This document shows, piece after piece, positions 46,371 through 56,066 of a stretch of DNA of 64,000 nt. The translations under genes and the position numbers were made by a program. The stretch is taken from contig JBILSM010000004.1 of assembly GCA_044372085.1 (NCBI GenBank), positions 3,833 to 67,832 of the forward strand. The letters run 5' to 3'. A model generated the notes under the pieces. It made no database searches. It was given only the letters and a program-made list of their open reading frames with translations, and was not told the DNA's origin. The stretch is from Rubrivivax sp. Lineage in GTDB: Bacteria > Pseudomonadota > Gammaproteobacteria > Burkholderiales > Burkholderiaceae_C. Positions within the stretch are counted from its first letter, which is position 1. The number at the start of each line of letters is the position of its first letter.

Positions 46371-47636
46371 TCATCGCCCGAACGGTCCCCAGGCCGGCTC
46401 GCGCATGTCGGCGCCACTGGACAGCAGGCGCGTCTTGATCTTGCCATCCAGCGTGGTGGTCATCAACACGTCGCGCCCCTGGGCGCGGGTGGCAAAGACG
46501 ATCAGCCGGCCGTTCGGTGCGAAGCTGGGGCTTTCGTCGTCCACCGTGTCGGACAGCGTCTGCACGATGCCGTTGGACAGGTCCAGCGTGGTCAGGCGGA
46601 AGGCCGAACCGTTGCGGTTGATGTAGGCCAGGGTGCGGCCGTCCGGGCTGAGGGCCGGGCTGATGTTGTAGCTGCCGCTGAAGGTGACGCGCTCGGCGTT
46701 GCCGCCCGAGGCGGGCACGCGGTAGATCTGCGGACCACCACCGCGGTCACTCACGAAATAGACCTGCCGGCCATCGGGCGAAAACACGGGCTCGGTGTCG
46801 ATGGCCGGGCTGGTGGTCAGACGGCGCGGGGTGCCGCCTGCGCGCGGCATGACGTAGATCTGCGCGGGTGCGTCACGCGACAAGGTCACCGCCAGCTCAC
46901 TGCCGTCGGGCGACCAGGCCGGCGCACTGTTGCTGCCCTTGAAGTTCGCCACCATGGTGCGTTTGCCGGTGGCCACATCCTGCACCCAGACCACCGCCTT
47001 CTGGCTCTCGAAGCTGACGTAGGCGATCTCGCGGCCATTGGGCGACCACGCGGGCGAGATGATGGGTTCGCTGCTGCGCAAGGCCACCTGCCCGCCTTCG
47101 CCATCGGCATCGGTGATGTGCAGCGCAAACTGGCGGCCGCTGCGCGTGACATAGGCGATGCGGGTGGCGAACACGCCCTTGTCGCCCGTGAGCGCCTCGA
47201 AGACCTCGTCAGCGATGCGGTGGGCGGCCAACCGCAGGTCTGCCGCCGGCACCGTGACGGCGCGCGCCAGCACCTCCGTGCCCTTGACCGCATCCCACAG
47301 CCGGTAGCGCACATCAAAGGTGCCGTCCGCCAGGCGGTTGATGGAGCCTGCGAGCAAGGCGTCCGCGCCCTGGGCGCGCACTTCGGCCTGGGGCAGGCGG
47401 CTGCGCTCATCCAGCCCTGAGGGGGAATCGAGCGAGCGGAACACGCCACTGCGCTCCAGGTTGGCCCGGATGACCGATGACAGCGACACCAGGCCGGGCG
47501 CCTCGCCCCGGAATGGCCCCAACGCCACCGGGATCTGGGTGGCGCCCACGCCGGAGATCTCGACACGGAACTGGGCCGCGGCCGGCAGCACGAGGCTGGC
47601 ACCGAGGGCGGCCGTCAAACGACGTCTGGACCACAT
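46371..47636 (-). CDS. tolB: Tol-Pal beta-propeller protein TolB
   Basis: AQFRVEISGVG, AHRIADE, TRIAYV, SPAWSP, PD40 repeats, EPAWGPF. Confidence 0.95.
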   Translation of the reverse strand: MWSRRRLTAALGASLVLPAAAQFRVEISGVGATQIPVALGPFRGEAPGLVSLSSVIRANLERSGVFRSLDSPSGLDERSRLPQAEVRAQGADALLAGSINRLADGTFDVRYRLWDAVKGTEVLARAVTVPAADLRLAAHRIADEVFEALTGDKGVFATRIAYVTRSGRQFALHITDADGEGGQVALRSSEPIISPAWSPNGREIAYVSFESQKAVVWVQDVATGKRTMVANFKGSNSAPAWSPDGSELAVTLSRDAPAQIYVMPRAGGTPRRLTTSPAIDTEPVFSPDGRQVYFVSDRGGGPQIYRVPASGGNAERVTFSGSYNISPALSPDGRTLAYINRNGSAFRLTTLDLSNGIVQTLSDTVDDESPSFAPNGRLIVFATRAQGRDVLMTTTLDGKIKTRLLSSGADMREPAWGPFGR

Positions 47637-47675
47637 GCGCAGGATTCTAGGAGGAGCCCCGCGATAATCCGCCAT
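47637..47675. promoter_or_regulatory. Compact bidirectional promoter between tolB and msbA
   Basis: TAGAAT on the minus strand (47644-47649) and GATAAT on the plus strand (47663-47668), each exactly 7 nt from its ATG. Confidence 0.6.
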
Positions 47676-49400
47676 ATGCCTTCGATGCTGCAGCGATTCG
47701 CCCGCGTGGGGCCCTACTTCCGCAGCGGAAAAGCAGCCATTGCCGCATCGGGGCTGGCCGCGTTGGTGGGCGCAGCCACCGAACCGCTGATCCCCGCCTT
47801 GATGCAGCCTTTGCTGGACAAGGGCTTTGCGGGCCAGGGCCTGCCGCTGTGGGTGATTCCGCTGGTGATCGTGGGGCTGTTTGCGGTGCGTGGCGTGGCC
47901 GGCTTCGTCGCACAGTACGGGCTGACCTGGGCCGCCAACCGCGCCGTACAGCAGATGCGCCAGGCGATGTTCGAACACCTGATGCGAGCCGAGCCGGGGC
48001 TGTTTTCCCGGCACAGCTCCAGCCAGCTCACCAACACCCTGGTGTATGAGGTGCAGCAAGGGGCCACGCTGCTGGTGGGCTCGCTGCTCACGCTGGTGAG
48101 GGACTCCCTGACGCTGGCCGCCTTGCTGATCTACCTGCTGTGGCTGAACTGGCAGCTCACGCTGTTTGTCTCCATCCTCTTCCCTGCCGTGGCCTTCGTC
48201 ATGCGCACCTTGGGGCGACGCCTGCACAAGCTGACCGTGGCCGGCCAGGGCGCCACGGACGAACTGGCCTACACCGTGGAGGAGAACGTGCTGGCCTGGC
48301 GCATCGTGCGGCTGCACGATGCGGCCCGGATTCAGGGTCAGCGCTTTGCCGGGCGCAGCAGCCAGCTGCGCCGGCTGGTGATGAAAGCAGCCATCGCCTC
48401 CGGCACCATGACGCCCATCACCCAGATCATGGCGGCCATTGCACTGTCCTGCGTGATCACTGCGGCGCTGTGGCAAAGCAGCGCCACCGGCGCCACCGTG
48501 GGCGGCTTCGTCGCCTTCATCACGGCCATGCTGATGCTGGTGTCGCCCATCAAACACCTGTCGGATGTGATGGCGCCCATCACCCGCGGCCTGGCGGCCA
48601 TCGAGCGCGGGCTGGACCTGATCGAACACACCCCCACCGAGCAGGGCGGCACGCACGCCGTGGAGCGCGCGCGCGGCGAGATCGAGCTGCGCGACGTGGG
48701 CCTGCGCTACCGCGAAGACCAGGAAGGCGCGCTGCAAGGGGTGAGCCTGCACATCGCGCCCGGGCAGACCGTGGCCCTGGTGGGGCCCTCGGGCGCCGGC
48801 AAGAGCTCGCTCGTCAACCTGCTGCCGCGCTTCATCGCCCCGACCGAAGGGCAGGTGCTGCTGGATGGCGTGCCGCTGGCGCAATGGGACGTGCGCGCGC
48901 TGCGTCGCCAGTTCGCGTTCGTCAGCCAGGACGTGGTGCTGTTCAACGACAGCGTGGCCGCCAACGTTGCCCTGGGTGCAGACGCGGACCCGGCGCGCGT
49001 GCGCCAGGCGCTGGAAGGCGCGCACCTGGCCGAGTTCGTGGACAGCTTGCCGCAGGGCATGAACACCTCCATCGGCCACAACGGCGGCCAGCTGTCCGGG
49101 GGGCAGCGCCAGCGCCTGGCCATCGCCCGGGCGCTGTACAAGGATGCGCCCGTGCTGATCCTGGACGAGGCCACCTCGGCCCTGGACAGCGAAAGCGAGC
49201 GTGCGGTGCAGGCGGCGCTGGAGCACCTGATGCGCCACCGCACCACCATCGTCATCGCCCACCGCCTGTCCACCATCGAACATGCCCACCGCGTGGTGGC
49301 CATGGATGCCGGCCGCGTGGTGGAACAAGGCCCCCCATCCGAGCTGCTGGCCGCCGGCGGCCTGTACGCGCGGCTGCACGCCATGCAGTTCAGGACCTGA
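47676..49400 (+). CDS. msbA: Lipid A export ABC transporter MsbA
   Basis: 6-TM domain; GPSGAGKSS, VSQDVVLFND, LSGGQRQRLAIARA, ILDEATSALD, IAHRLSTI. Confidence 0.92.
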   Translation: MPSMLQRFARVGPYFRSGKAAIAASGLAALVGAATEPLIPALMQPLLDKGFAGQGLPLWVIPLVIVGLFAVRGVAGFVAQYGLTWAANRAVQQMRQAMFEHLMRAEPGLFSRHSSSQLTNTLVYEVQQGATLLVGSLLTLVRDSLTLAALLIYLLWLNWQLTLFVSILFPAVAFVMRTLGRRLHKLTVAGQGATDELAYTVEENVLAWRIVRLHDAARIQGQRFAGRSSQLRRLVMKAAIASGTMTPITQIMAAIALSCVITAALWQSSATGATVGGFVAFITAMLMLVSPIKHLSDVMAPITRGLAAIERGLDLIEHTPTEQGGTHAVERARGEIELRDVGLRYREDQEGALQGVSLHIAPGQTVALVGPSGAGKSSLVNLLPRFIAPTEGQVLLDGVPLAQWDVRALRRQFAFVSQDVVLFNDSVAANVALGADADPARVRQALEGAHLAEFVDSLPQGMNTSIGHNGGQLSGGQRQRLAIARALYKDAPVLILDEATSALDSESERAVQAALEHLMRHRTTIVIAHRLSTIEHAHRVVAMDAGRVVEQGPPSELLAAGGLYARLHAMQFRT

Positions 49401-49409
49401 CAGTCCCAC

Positions 49410-49482
49410 ACCGCCCCTATCGCCCGCACCGCCCCCACGTCCCGACCGCCCCCACGGCCCCTGACAGCGCCCGACAGCCCCC
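49410..49482. repeat. Imperfect ~9-bp C-rich tandem repeat (accgccccc-like)
   Basis: accgcccct atcgcccgc accgccccc acgtcccg accgccccc acggcccct gacagcgccc gacagccccc. Confidence 0.55.
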
Positions 49483-49506
49483 AAAAAACCCGACCCGAGG
49501 CCCCGA

Positions 49507-50100
49507 ATGAACACGACCACCCACCCCATCTCCCGCTACCCCGTGCCCACGCTGGAGAACCTGCCCGAGGACATCCGCACGCGCATCCTGGAGGTACAGG
49601 CCAAGGCCGGCTTCGTGCCCAACGTCTTCCTGGCGCTGGCGCACCGCCCGGCCGAGTGGCGCGCCTTCGTGGCCTACCACGACGCGCTGATGCTCAAGGA
49701 CGGCGGAAACCTCAGCAAGGGCGACCGCGAGATGATCGTGGTGGCCACCTCCGCCGCCAACGAGTGCCTGTACTGCGTGGTGGCGCACGGCGCCATCCTG
49801 CGCGTCTACGAGAAGAAGCCCCTGGTGGCCGACCAGGTGGCCATCAACTGGCGCAAGGCCGACATCACCCCGCGCCAGCGCGCCATGCTGGCCTTCGCCA
49901 TGAAGGCGTGCCAGCGCTCCCACGAGATCGACAACGCAGACTTCGCCGCCCTGCGCGAGCACGGCTTTGATGAAGAAGACGCCTGGGACATCGCTGCCAT
50001 CACCGCCTTCTTCGGCATGAGCAACCGCCTGGCCAACGCCACGGGCATGAAGCCGAACGACGAGTTCTACCTGATGGGGCGCGTGCCGAAGGGGAAGTGA
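49507..50100 (+). CDS. Peroxidase-related enzyme (AhpD/CMD family)
   Basis: GFVPNVF, EMIVVATS..NECLYCVVAHG (CxxC), FFGMSNR. Confidence 0.92.
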   Translation: MNTTTHPISRYPVPTLENLPEDIRTRILEVQAKAGFVPNVFLALAHRPAEWRAFVAYHDALMLKDGGNLSKGDREMIVVATSAANECLYCVVAHGAILRVYEKKPLVADQVAINWRKADITPRQRAMLAFAMKACQRSHEIDNADFAALREHGFDEEDAWDIAAITAFFGMSNRLANATGMKPNDEFYLMGRVPKGK

Positions 50101-50171
50101 GTCGGGACTGCCTCAACCGTGACGCAGCGGTGGGGCAGGCAGGCCACGGCCAAGAATTCAGCCCCGCCTCC

Positions 50172-50198
50172 TGCATGCAAACGTATAAAATGCATGCA
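50172..50198. promoter_or_regulatory. Probable toxin-antitoxin autoregulatory operator
   Basis: TGCATGCA-N11-TGCATGCA, two palindromic boxes flanking TATAAA, 16 bp upstream of the antitoxin ATG. Confidence 0.7.
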
Positions 50199-50214
50199 CT
50201 CAAAGGAATCCGAT

Positions 50215-50469
50215 ATGGCCATGCTGACCGTTCGAAATCTGCCGGACGAGATTCACCGGGCGCTCGCCCTGCGTGCGGCCCAGCGAGGCCACAGCATGGA
50301 GTCCGAGGTGCGCGACATCCTGGCCTCGGCCGTCACGCCCCCGGGTCGGGTGCAACTCGGCTCCCTTCTCGTCGAATTGGGCCAACAGGCGCGACTCACG
50401 GATGAAGAGTGGGCCGTGTTCGACCAGGTGCGTGACCGTACACCGGCGCGGCACGTGAACATCGAATGA
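50215..50469 (+). CDS. FitA/StbC-like ribbon-helix-helix antitoxin
   Basis: MAMLTVRNLPDEIHRAL..RAAQRGHSMESEVRDIL; SD AAGGA. Confidence 0.9.
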   Translation: MAMLTVRNLPDEIHRALALRAAQRGHSMESEVRDILASAVTPPGRVQLGSLLVELGQQARLTDEEWAVFDQVRDRTPARHVNIE

Positions 50470-50894
50470 TCCTTCTCGATACCAATGTGGTGTCCGAGCC
50501 GCTGCGCCCCAAGCCCAGTCCGGCCGTAGAGGCCTGGATCAACGCCCAGCCTCTGGAGACACTCTTCCTGTCCGCCGTCACCGTTGCGGAGTTGCGTGCG
50601 GGCATGGCCCTGCTGCCCGCCGGCAAGCGGCGCAATGCCTTGCAAGACGCGCTCGAGAGGCGCGTCTTGCCCCTTTTTGCAGGCCGTATCCTGGCGTTCG
50701 ACATGGGCTGCACGTTCGCCTACGCAGAACTCTTGGCCCGAGGCCGCTCCAACGGTTCGCCTATTGCCATGGCCGATGCCTGCATTGCCGCCATCGCTGC
50801 CACCCATCGGCTGACGGTTGCCACGCGCGACACGGCGCCCTTCGTGGCAGCAGGGGTGGAAGTGATCGATCCGTGGGGGGCCGTTCGGCTCTGA
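50466..50894 (+). CDS. vapC: VapC/FitB PIN-domain toxin
   Basis: MILLDTNVVSE, TVAEL, AD..IAA.A, VATRD..PF, DPW; ATGA overlap with the antitoxin. Confidence 0.93.
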   Translation: MILLDTNVVSEPLRPKPSPAVEAWINAQPLETLFLSAVTVAELRAGMALLPAGKRRNALQDALERRVLPLFAGRILAFDMGCTFAYAELLARGRSNGSPIAMADACIAAIAATHRLTVATRDTAPFVAAGVEVIDPWGAVRL

Positions 50895-50945
50895 AGATCA
50901 TGCGCCTTCGACAGGCAACGGTTCGAACGGAAACCTCCTGAACCG

Positions 50946-52427
50946 CTACATCAACACGATGTCGTACTGCTCCGGGTTCATGCCCGGTTCGGCGCTCAGG
51001 GAGATGGGTTTGCCGATGAATTCGCTGAGGCCCGCGAGGTGGACGCTTTCTTCGTCCAGCAGCATCTCCACCACGGCGGCGCTGGCCACCACGCGGAATT
51101 CGCGGGGGTTGAACTGGCGGGCTTCGCGCAGGATCTCGCGCAGGATGTCGTAGCACACGCTGCGCGCGGTCTTGACCTGGCCGCGGCCCTCGCAGGTGGG
51201 GCACGGCTGGCACAGCATATGGGCCAGGCTCTCGCGGGTGCGCTTGCGGGTCATCTCCACCAGCCCCAGCGCCGAGAAGCCGCTGATGGTGGTGCGGGTG
51301 CGGTCGCGGGCGAGCTGCTTGCGGAACTCGGCCAGCACGGCTTCGCGGTGCTCTTCGCGCGTCATGTCGATGAAGTCCACGATGACGATGCCGCCCAGGT
51401 TGCGCAGGCGCAGTTGGCGGGCGATGGCGCCTGCGGCCTCCAGGTTGGTCTTGAAGATGGTGTCGTCGAAGTTGCGCGCACCCACGAAGCCGCCGGTGTT
51501 GACGTCCACCGTGGTCAGGGCTTCGGTCTGGTCGATGATGAGGTAGCCGCCGCTCTTCAGGTCCACGCGCCGGGCCAGGGCCTTGGCCACGTCTTCCTCG
51601 ATGCCGAAGAGGTCGAAGATGGGGCGCTCGCCGCGGTAATGCTCCAGCTTGCCCACCACCGCCGGCATGTAGGTGCGGCCGAAGGCCTGCAGGGCCTCGA
51701 ACTGCATGCGCGAATCGATGCGGATGGTCTGCGTGGCCTCGGTGGTGAGGTCGCGCAGCACGCGCTCCACCAGGCTCAGGTCCTGGTGCAGCAGGGTGCC
51801 CGCGGGCTTGGAGACGGCGCGCTGGCGCACCAGGGCCCAGGTCTTGCGCAGGTAGGCGATGTCTTCGGCCAGCTCTTCGTCGCTGGCTTCCTCGGCATTC
51901 GTGCGCAGGATGAAGCCGCCGCCGCCGCCCGTCTCGGGCGTGCCCACCAGGGCCTGCATGCGCTCACGCAGTTGTTCGCGCGCCTCGGGCGAGCCGATCT
52001 TCTGGGAGATGCCGATGTGCTGGTCCTGCGGCAGGTGCACCAGCATGCGCCCGGCGATGCTGACCTGCGTGGACAGGCGCGCGCCCTTGGTGCCGATGGG
52101 GTCCTTGATGACCTGCACGGTGAGCGTCTGGCCCTCGAAGACCTGGCGTTCGATGGGCACCAGCGGCGCGTCTTCGGCACGACGGCCCGGGGGCAGGGCG
52201 GCATGCAGGTCGGCCACATGCAAAAAGGCCGCGCGGTCCAGGCCGATGTCCACAAAGGCACTTTGCATGCCGGGCAGCACGCGCGAGACCTTGCCCAGGT
52301 AGATGTTGCCCACCAGGCCGCGCTCCAGCGTGCGCTCCACATGGAACTCCTGCACCGCGCCGTTCTCGACGACGGCCACCCGCGTTTCCTGCGGGGCCCA
52401 GTTGATGAGGATGTCTTGTGTGGCCAT
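50946..52427 (-). CDS. rng: Ribonuclease G
   Basis: GNIYLGKV.RVLPGMQSAFVDIG, KDPIGTKGARL, DVNTG, NLEAA, LRNLGGIVIVDFIDM, CPTCEGRG. Confidence 0.96.
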   Translation of the reverse strand: MATQDILINWAPQETRVAVVENGAVQEFHVERTLERGLVGNIYLGKVSRVLPGMQSAFVDIGLDRAAFLHVADLHAALPPGRRAEDAPLVPIERQVFEGQTLTVQVIKDPIGTKGARLSTQVSIAGRMLVHLPQDQHIGISQKIGSPEAREQLRERMQALVGTPETGGGGGFILRTNAEEASDEELAEDIAYLRKTWALVRQRAVSKPAGTLLHQDLSLVERVLRDLTTEATQTIRIDSRMQFEALQAFGRTYMPAVVGKLEHYRGERPIFDLFGIEEDVAKALARRVDLKSGGYLIIDQTEALTTVDVNTGGFVGARNFDDTIFKTNLEAAGAIARQLRLRNLGGIVIVDFIDMTREEHREAVLAEFRKQLARDRTRTTISGFSALGLVEMTRKRTRESLAHMLCQPCPTCEGRGQVKTARSVCYDILREILREARQFNPREFRVVASAAVVEMLLDEESVHLAGLSEFIGKPISLSAEPGMNPEQYDIVLM

Positions 52428-52444
52428 GAGGCAAGTCTAGGGGT

Positions 52445-53101
52445 TCAGCTCTCGAGGCCCATTCGCACGCCGGCGCGCCGCAGCAATTGGGCGGTCTCGA
52501 ACAAGGGCAGCCCCATGATGCCGCTGTGGCTGCCCTCGATGTGCGCGATGTGGGCGGCCAGCGCCCCCTGGATGGCGTAAGAGCCGGCCTTGCCGAAGGG
52601 CTCACCGCTGGCGATGTAGGCCTGGACGAGGGCCGGCGACAGGGCGGCGAAGCGCACGCGGGAAACGTGAGTGGCCTGCTCAATGCGCACGCGGCCCGCC
52701 AGCCCCTGGGCCGAGGCCACCGCCACCGACGTGAGCACGCGGTGCGTTCGGCCCGACAGTGCCGCCAAGGTGGCTGCGGCGTCCTGCGCATCGGCCGGCT
52801 TGCCCAGGATGCGCCGGCCCAGGGCCACCGTGGTGTCGGCACACAGGATGGGCGCGGGCGGCAGGCCACGCCGGCGGTGCCGGGCCACGGCCGCCTGGAG
52901 CTTGGCGCGGGTCACCCGCTGCACGTAGGCCAGCGGCAGTTCGCCGGGTTGCACCACCTCCAGCGCCTCGGCATCTTCGTCGTCGCCGGGCAGCAGAAGC
53001 TGCGGGGTCACGCCAATCTGCGCCAGCAGGGCCTGGCGCCTTGGGCTCTGGGAGGCCAGCCAGATGAAGTCGTGCACGGTCTGCATGGGCCCGTCACTCA
53101 C
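52445..53101 (-). CDS. maf: Maf family nucleotide pyrophosphatase (YhdE type)
   Basis: [34 protein letters not shown]; start may be ATG 53086. Confidence 0.93.
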   Translation of the reverse strand: MSDGPMQTVHDFIWLASQSPRRQALLAQIGVTPQLLLPGDDEDAEALEVVQPGELPLAYVQRVTRAKLQAAVARHRRRGLPPAPILCADTTVALGRRILGKPADAQDAAATLAALSGRTHRVLTSVAVASAQGLAGRVRIEQATHVSRVRFAALSPALVQAYIASGEPFGKAGSYAIQGALAAHIAHIEGSHSGIMGLPLFETAQLLRRAGVRMGLES

Positions 53102-53561
53102 GGTGGTAAGGATGGCCCTGCACGACGGACCAGGCGCGGTACAGCGCCTCGGCCAGCAGCACGCGGGCGAAGGCGTGAGGCAGGGTCAGGTCGGACAGGC
53201 GCAAGGTCTCGTCGGCCGTGGCCTTGAGGGCGGGGTCCAGGCCGTCAGGCCCGCCGATGAGCAAGGCGACATCGCGCCCATCACCGCGCCAGAACTGCAG
53301 GCGCTCGGCCAGTTGGGCGGTGGTCAGGCGGCTGCCGCGCTCGTCCAGGATGACGCGGCGCGCGCCTTTGGGCAGCGCGGCCTCCAGGCGCTGCGCCTCG
53401 GCGGCCATGCACTGCGCGGCGGTCTTGCCGGGCCGGGGTTCGGCCTTCAGGGCCTTCAGCACCAACCGGCACTCCGCAGGAAAGCGCTTGGCGAAGTCGT
53501 CCCAGGCGGCATCGGCCCAGGCGGGCTGGCGCTGACCGATGGCGGCCACGACCAGCCGCAT
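53094..53561 (-). CDS. rlmH: 23S rRNA pseudouridine-1915 N3-methyltransferase
   Basis: [32 protein letters not shown]. Confidence 0.96.
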   Translation of the reverse strand: MRLVVAAIGQRQPAWADAAWDDFAKRFPAECRLVLKALKAEPRPGKTAAQCMAAEAQRLEAALPKGARRVILDERGSRLTTAQLAERLQFWRGDGRDVALLIGGPDGLDPALKATADETLRLSDLTLPHAFARVLLAEALYRAWSVVQGHPYHRE

Positions 53562-53566
53562 GGATG

Positions 53567-54370
53567 TCAGCCTTTGGTGGAGCCGGTCTTGCGCGCGGGG
53601 GTCTTGCGCGCTGGCGCAGCCGCCTTGCGAGCCGGCGCAGCAGCACGGGCGGCCGGGCGCTTCGGGCCCTGGGCCGCGGCAGCGCGCTTGGCAGGCGCCG
53701 CCTTGCGCGGCGGCGTCTTGCGGGCCACCACCACCGTGCTCGTGGGCGCCGGGGCGGCCGCCCTGGCAGGGGCCCTTGCCGCAGGCTTGGCACCGGGCTG
53801 CGCCGTGGTCTTGACCGCAGCCCTGCGCCCCGTTGCCGTCTTCGGGGCGGCTCTGGCAGGCGCCTTCGGGACGGCCTTCACAACCGCCTTGGCCGCATTC
53901 TTGGCTGGCGATTTAGTGGGCGATCTGGTGGGCGATTTGGTGGGCGCCCTGGCCGGAGACTTCGAAGCGGGCTTGCGGTCGGGCGGCGCGGCCGGCTCCG
54001 AGGCTTTCACCAGGCCCTGGGCCCTGGCCGCGCGCTTCATGGCCACGGGCTTGGCACCCCAGATCTCTTCGAGGTGGTAGTACTCGCGGATCGAGGGTTG
54101 CATGATGTGGACCACGGCGGCGCCGCAGTCCACGATGATCCATTCGCCGTTGGCCTCGCCTTCCATGCGCAGCACCTCCATGCCGCGCGACTTGACGGTC
54201 TCGCGCACGCTGGAGGCCAGGGCCTTGGTCTGACGGTTGCTGGATCCTGAAGCGATGATCACCCGCTCGAACAGCGGTGAGAGGGCCTCGGTGTTGAAGA
54301 CGACGATGTCTTGCGCCTTCACGTCCTCGAGTCCATCGACGATGGCTCGTTGCAGCTTGCGGATGTCCAT
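53567..54370 (-). CDS. rsfS: Ribosome silencing factor RsfS with a long Ala/Lys/Pro/Arg-rich C-terminal tail
   Basis: [40 protein letters not shown], followed by ~160 aa of low-complexity basic tail. Confidence 0.93.
   Translation of the reverse strand: MDIRKLQRAIVDGLEDVKAQDIVVFNTEALSPLFERVIIASGSSNRQTKALASSVRETVKSRGMEVLRMEGEANGEWIIVDCGAAVVHIMQPSIREYYHLEEIWGAKPVAMKRAARAQGLVKASEPAAPPDRKPASKSPARAPTKSPTRSPTKSPAKNAAKAVVKAVPKAPARAAPKTATGRRAAVKTTAQPGAKPAARAPARAAAPAPTSTVVVARKTPPRKAAPAKRAAAAQGPKRPAARAAAPARKAAAPARKTPARKTGSTKG
53907..53942 (-). repeat. 12-bp x3 coding repeat (SPTK/SPTR) in the RsfS tail
   Basis: ggcgatttagtg ggcgatctggtg ggcgatttggtg. Confidence 0.85.
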
Positions 54371-54988
54371 TCAGGTCGGGGTCGGGCCCCGGTAGAGGTG
54401 ATGGCGGGAAATATAGCCTGCGACGGCCTCGCCCACCATCGGAGAAACGTCATCTCCTTGCGCCAAGGCCTCGCGCAGGGCCGAGGAAGACACCGGGATG
54501 TCGGGCAGGGGCAACACTTCCAGCCGGTGCGGATGTCCGGCCAGCGCCGCGGGGGGCGCCGGCGCTTCTCCGGCACGGCCGGCCACGGCCAGGGTGACGT
54601 CTTGCAGCAGCGCCGGCCAGTCCCGCCAGGTGTCCAGACGCCCGTACTGGTCTTGCCCCAGGATCAGGAACAAGTCGGTGTCGGCCCGCGCGGCGCGGCA
54701 TTCGCGCACCGTGTCCACCGTGTACGTGGGCCCGCTGCGGTGCAGTTCGCGCTCATCCAGCCGGAAGCGGGGTTCGCCCTGGATGAGCAGGCGCACCATG
54801 GCCGCGCGGTGGACACCGGCCTGCAGGGCACGGCCCGCTTTCTGCCAGGGCTGGCCCGCCGGCAGCCACCACAGTTCGTCGAGCTGCAAGGTCTGCAGCG
54901 CCGTGCGCGCCAGGGCCAGGTGCGCCAGATGCGGCGGGTCGAAGCTGCCGCCCAGCAGGCCGATGCGCGCCGGGCGGCTGGGGGTCAC
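54371..54988 (-). CDS. nadD: Nicotinate-nucleotide adenylyltransferase
   Basis: [37 protein letters not shown]. Confidence 0.95.
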   Translation of the reverse strand: MTPSRPARIGLLGGSFDPPHLAHLALARTALQTLQLDELWWLPAGQPWQKAGRALQAGVHRAAMVRLLIQGEPRFRLDERELHRSGPTYTVDTVRECRAARADTDLFLILGQDQYGRLDTWRDWPALLQDVTLAVAGRAGEAPAPPAALAGHPHRLEVLPLPDIPVSSSALREALAQGDDVSPMVGEAVAGYISRHHLYRGPTPT

Positions 54989-55926
54989 GCCCAGTCCCGC
55001 GGGCGCAGGAAATCGGTGTACAGCCGCGCCTCGGCCGAGCCCGGCTCGGGGTGCCAGTCGTAGCGCCACTTCACGATGGGCGGCATGCTCATCAGGATGC
55101 TCTCGGTGCGGCCGCCGCTTTGCAGGCCGAACAGGGTGCCGCGGTCGAACACGAGGTTGAACTCCACGTAGCGGCCACGCCGGTAGGCCTGGAAGTCGCG
55201 CTCGCGCTCGCCGTAAGGCGTGTCACGCCGGCACTGCACGATGGGCAGGTAAGCGTCGACGAAGGCGTCGCCCACGGCGCGCATCATGGCGAAGCTGCCC
55301 TCGAAGCCCAGTTCGGCAAAGTCGTCGAAGAACACGCCGCCCACGCCGCGCGGCTCACCGCGGTGCTTGAGAAAGAAGTACTCGTCGCACCAGGTCTTGA
55401 AGCGCGGATACAGCGCGGGGTTGATCGGGTCCAGCGCCTGCTTGCAGGTGCGGTGGAAATGCTGCGCGTCCTCTTCGAAGCCGTAGTAGGGCGTGAGGTC
55501 CATGCCACCGCCGAACCACACCACGGGGGCTTGCCCTGCGGGCAGGGCGGCGAACATGCGCACATTCATGTGCACCGTGGGCACATAGGGGTTGCGCGGG
55601 TGCATCACCAGCGACACGCCCATGGCCTCGAAAGGCGCGCCGGCCAGCTCGGGCCGGTGTTGCGTGGCCGAGGGCGGCAGCGTCTTGCCCTTCACATGGC
55701 TGAAGTTGCAGCCGCCGCGCTCCAGCAGGGCGCCCTCTTCCACCAGGCGCGACAGGCCGTCGCCTTCCAGCCGGCCTCCGGGCTCGCGTGTCCAGCCATC
55801 ACTGATGAACGGATGGCCATCCTCGGCCTGCAAGGCGTTGATGATCTGATCCTGCAGGTTCAGCAGGTACTGCCGGACAGCAGCAGTGTCGACAACGGCA
55901 GCGGTGGAAGGGTCAGGGGCAGTCAC
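54985..55926 (-). CDS. hemF: Oxygen-dependent coproporphyrinogen III oxidase
   Basis: [61 protein letters not shown]; start uncertain (alternative GTG 56016). Confidence 0.95.
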   Translation of the reverse strand: MTAPDPSTAAVVDTAAVRQYLLNLQDQIINALQAEDGHPFISDGWTREPGGRLEGDGLSRLVEEGALLERGGCNFSHVKGKTLPPSATQHRPELAGAPFEAMGVSLVMHPRNPYVPTVHMNVRMFAALPAGQAPVVWFGGGMDLTPYYGFEEDAQHFHRTCKQALDPINPALYPRFKTWCDEYFFLKHRGEPRGVGGVFFDDFAELGFEGSFAMMRAVGDAFVDAYLPIVQCRRDTPYGERERDFQAYRRGRYVEFNLVFDRGTLFGLQSGGRTESILMSMPPIVKWRYDWHPEPGSAEARLYTDFLRPRDWA

Positions 55927-56036
55927 GTGGTCATCCGGTCTGTGCGTGGGTGAAGGCAGGGGCGGCGCATCACGGCGGTTCGGTCGCACCGCACACCCTT
56001 CTGCCGAATTAGACACGCACCGCTGTCAATCCCGGC

Positions 56037-56050
56037 ATGACCTGGGTCAG
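56037..56050. promoter_or_regulatory. FNR/Anr-like palindrome upstream of hemF
   Basis: aTGAC-CTGG-GTCAg resembles TTGAY-N4-RTCAA. Confidence 0.4.
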
Positions 56051-56066
56051 AGACAGCGTGGCCTGG

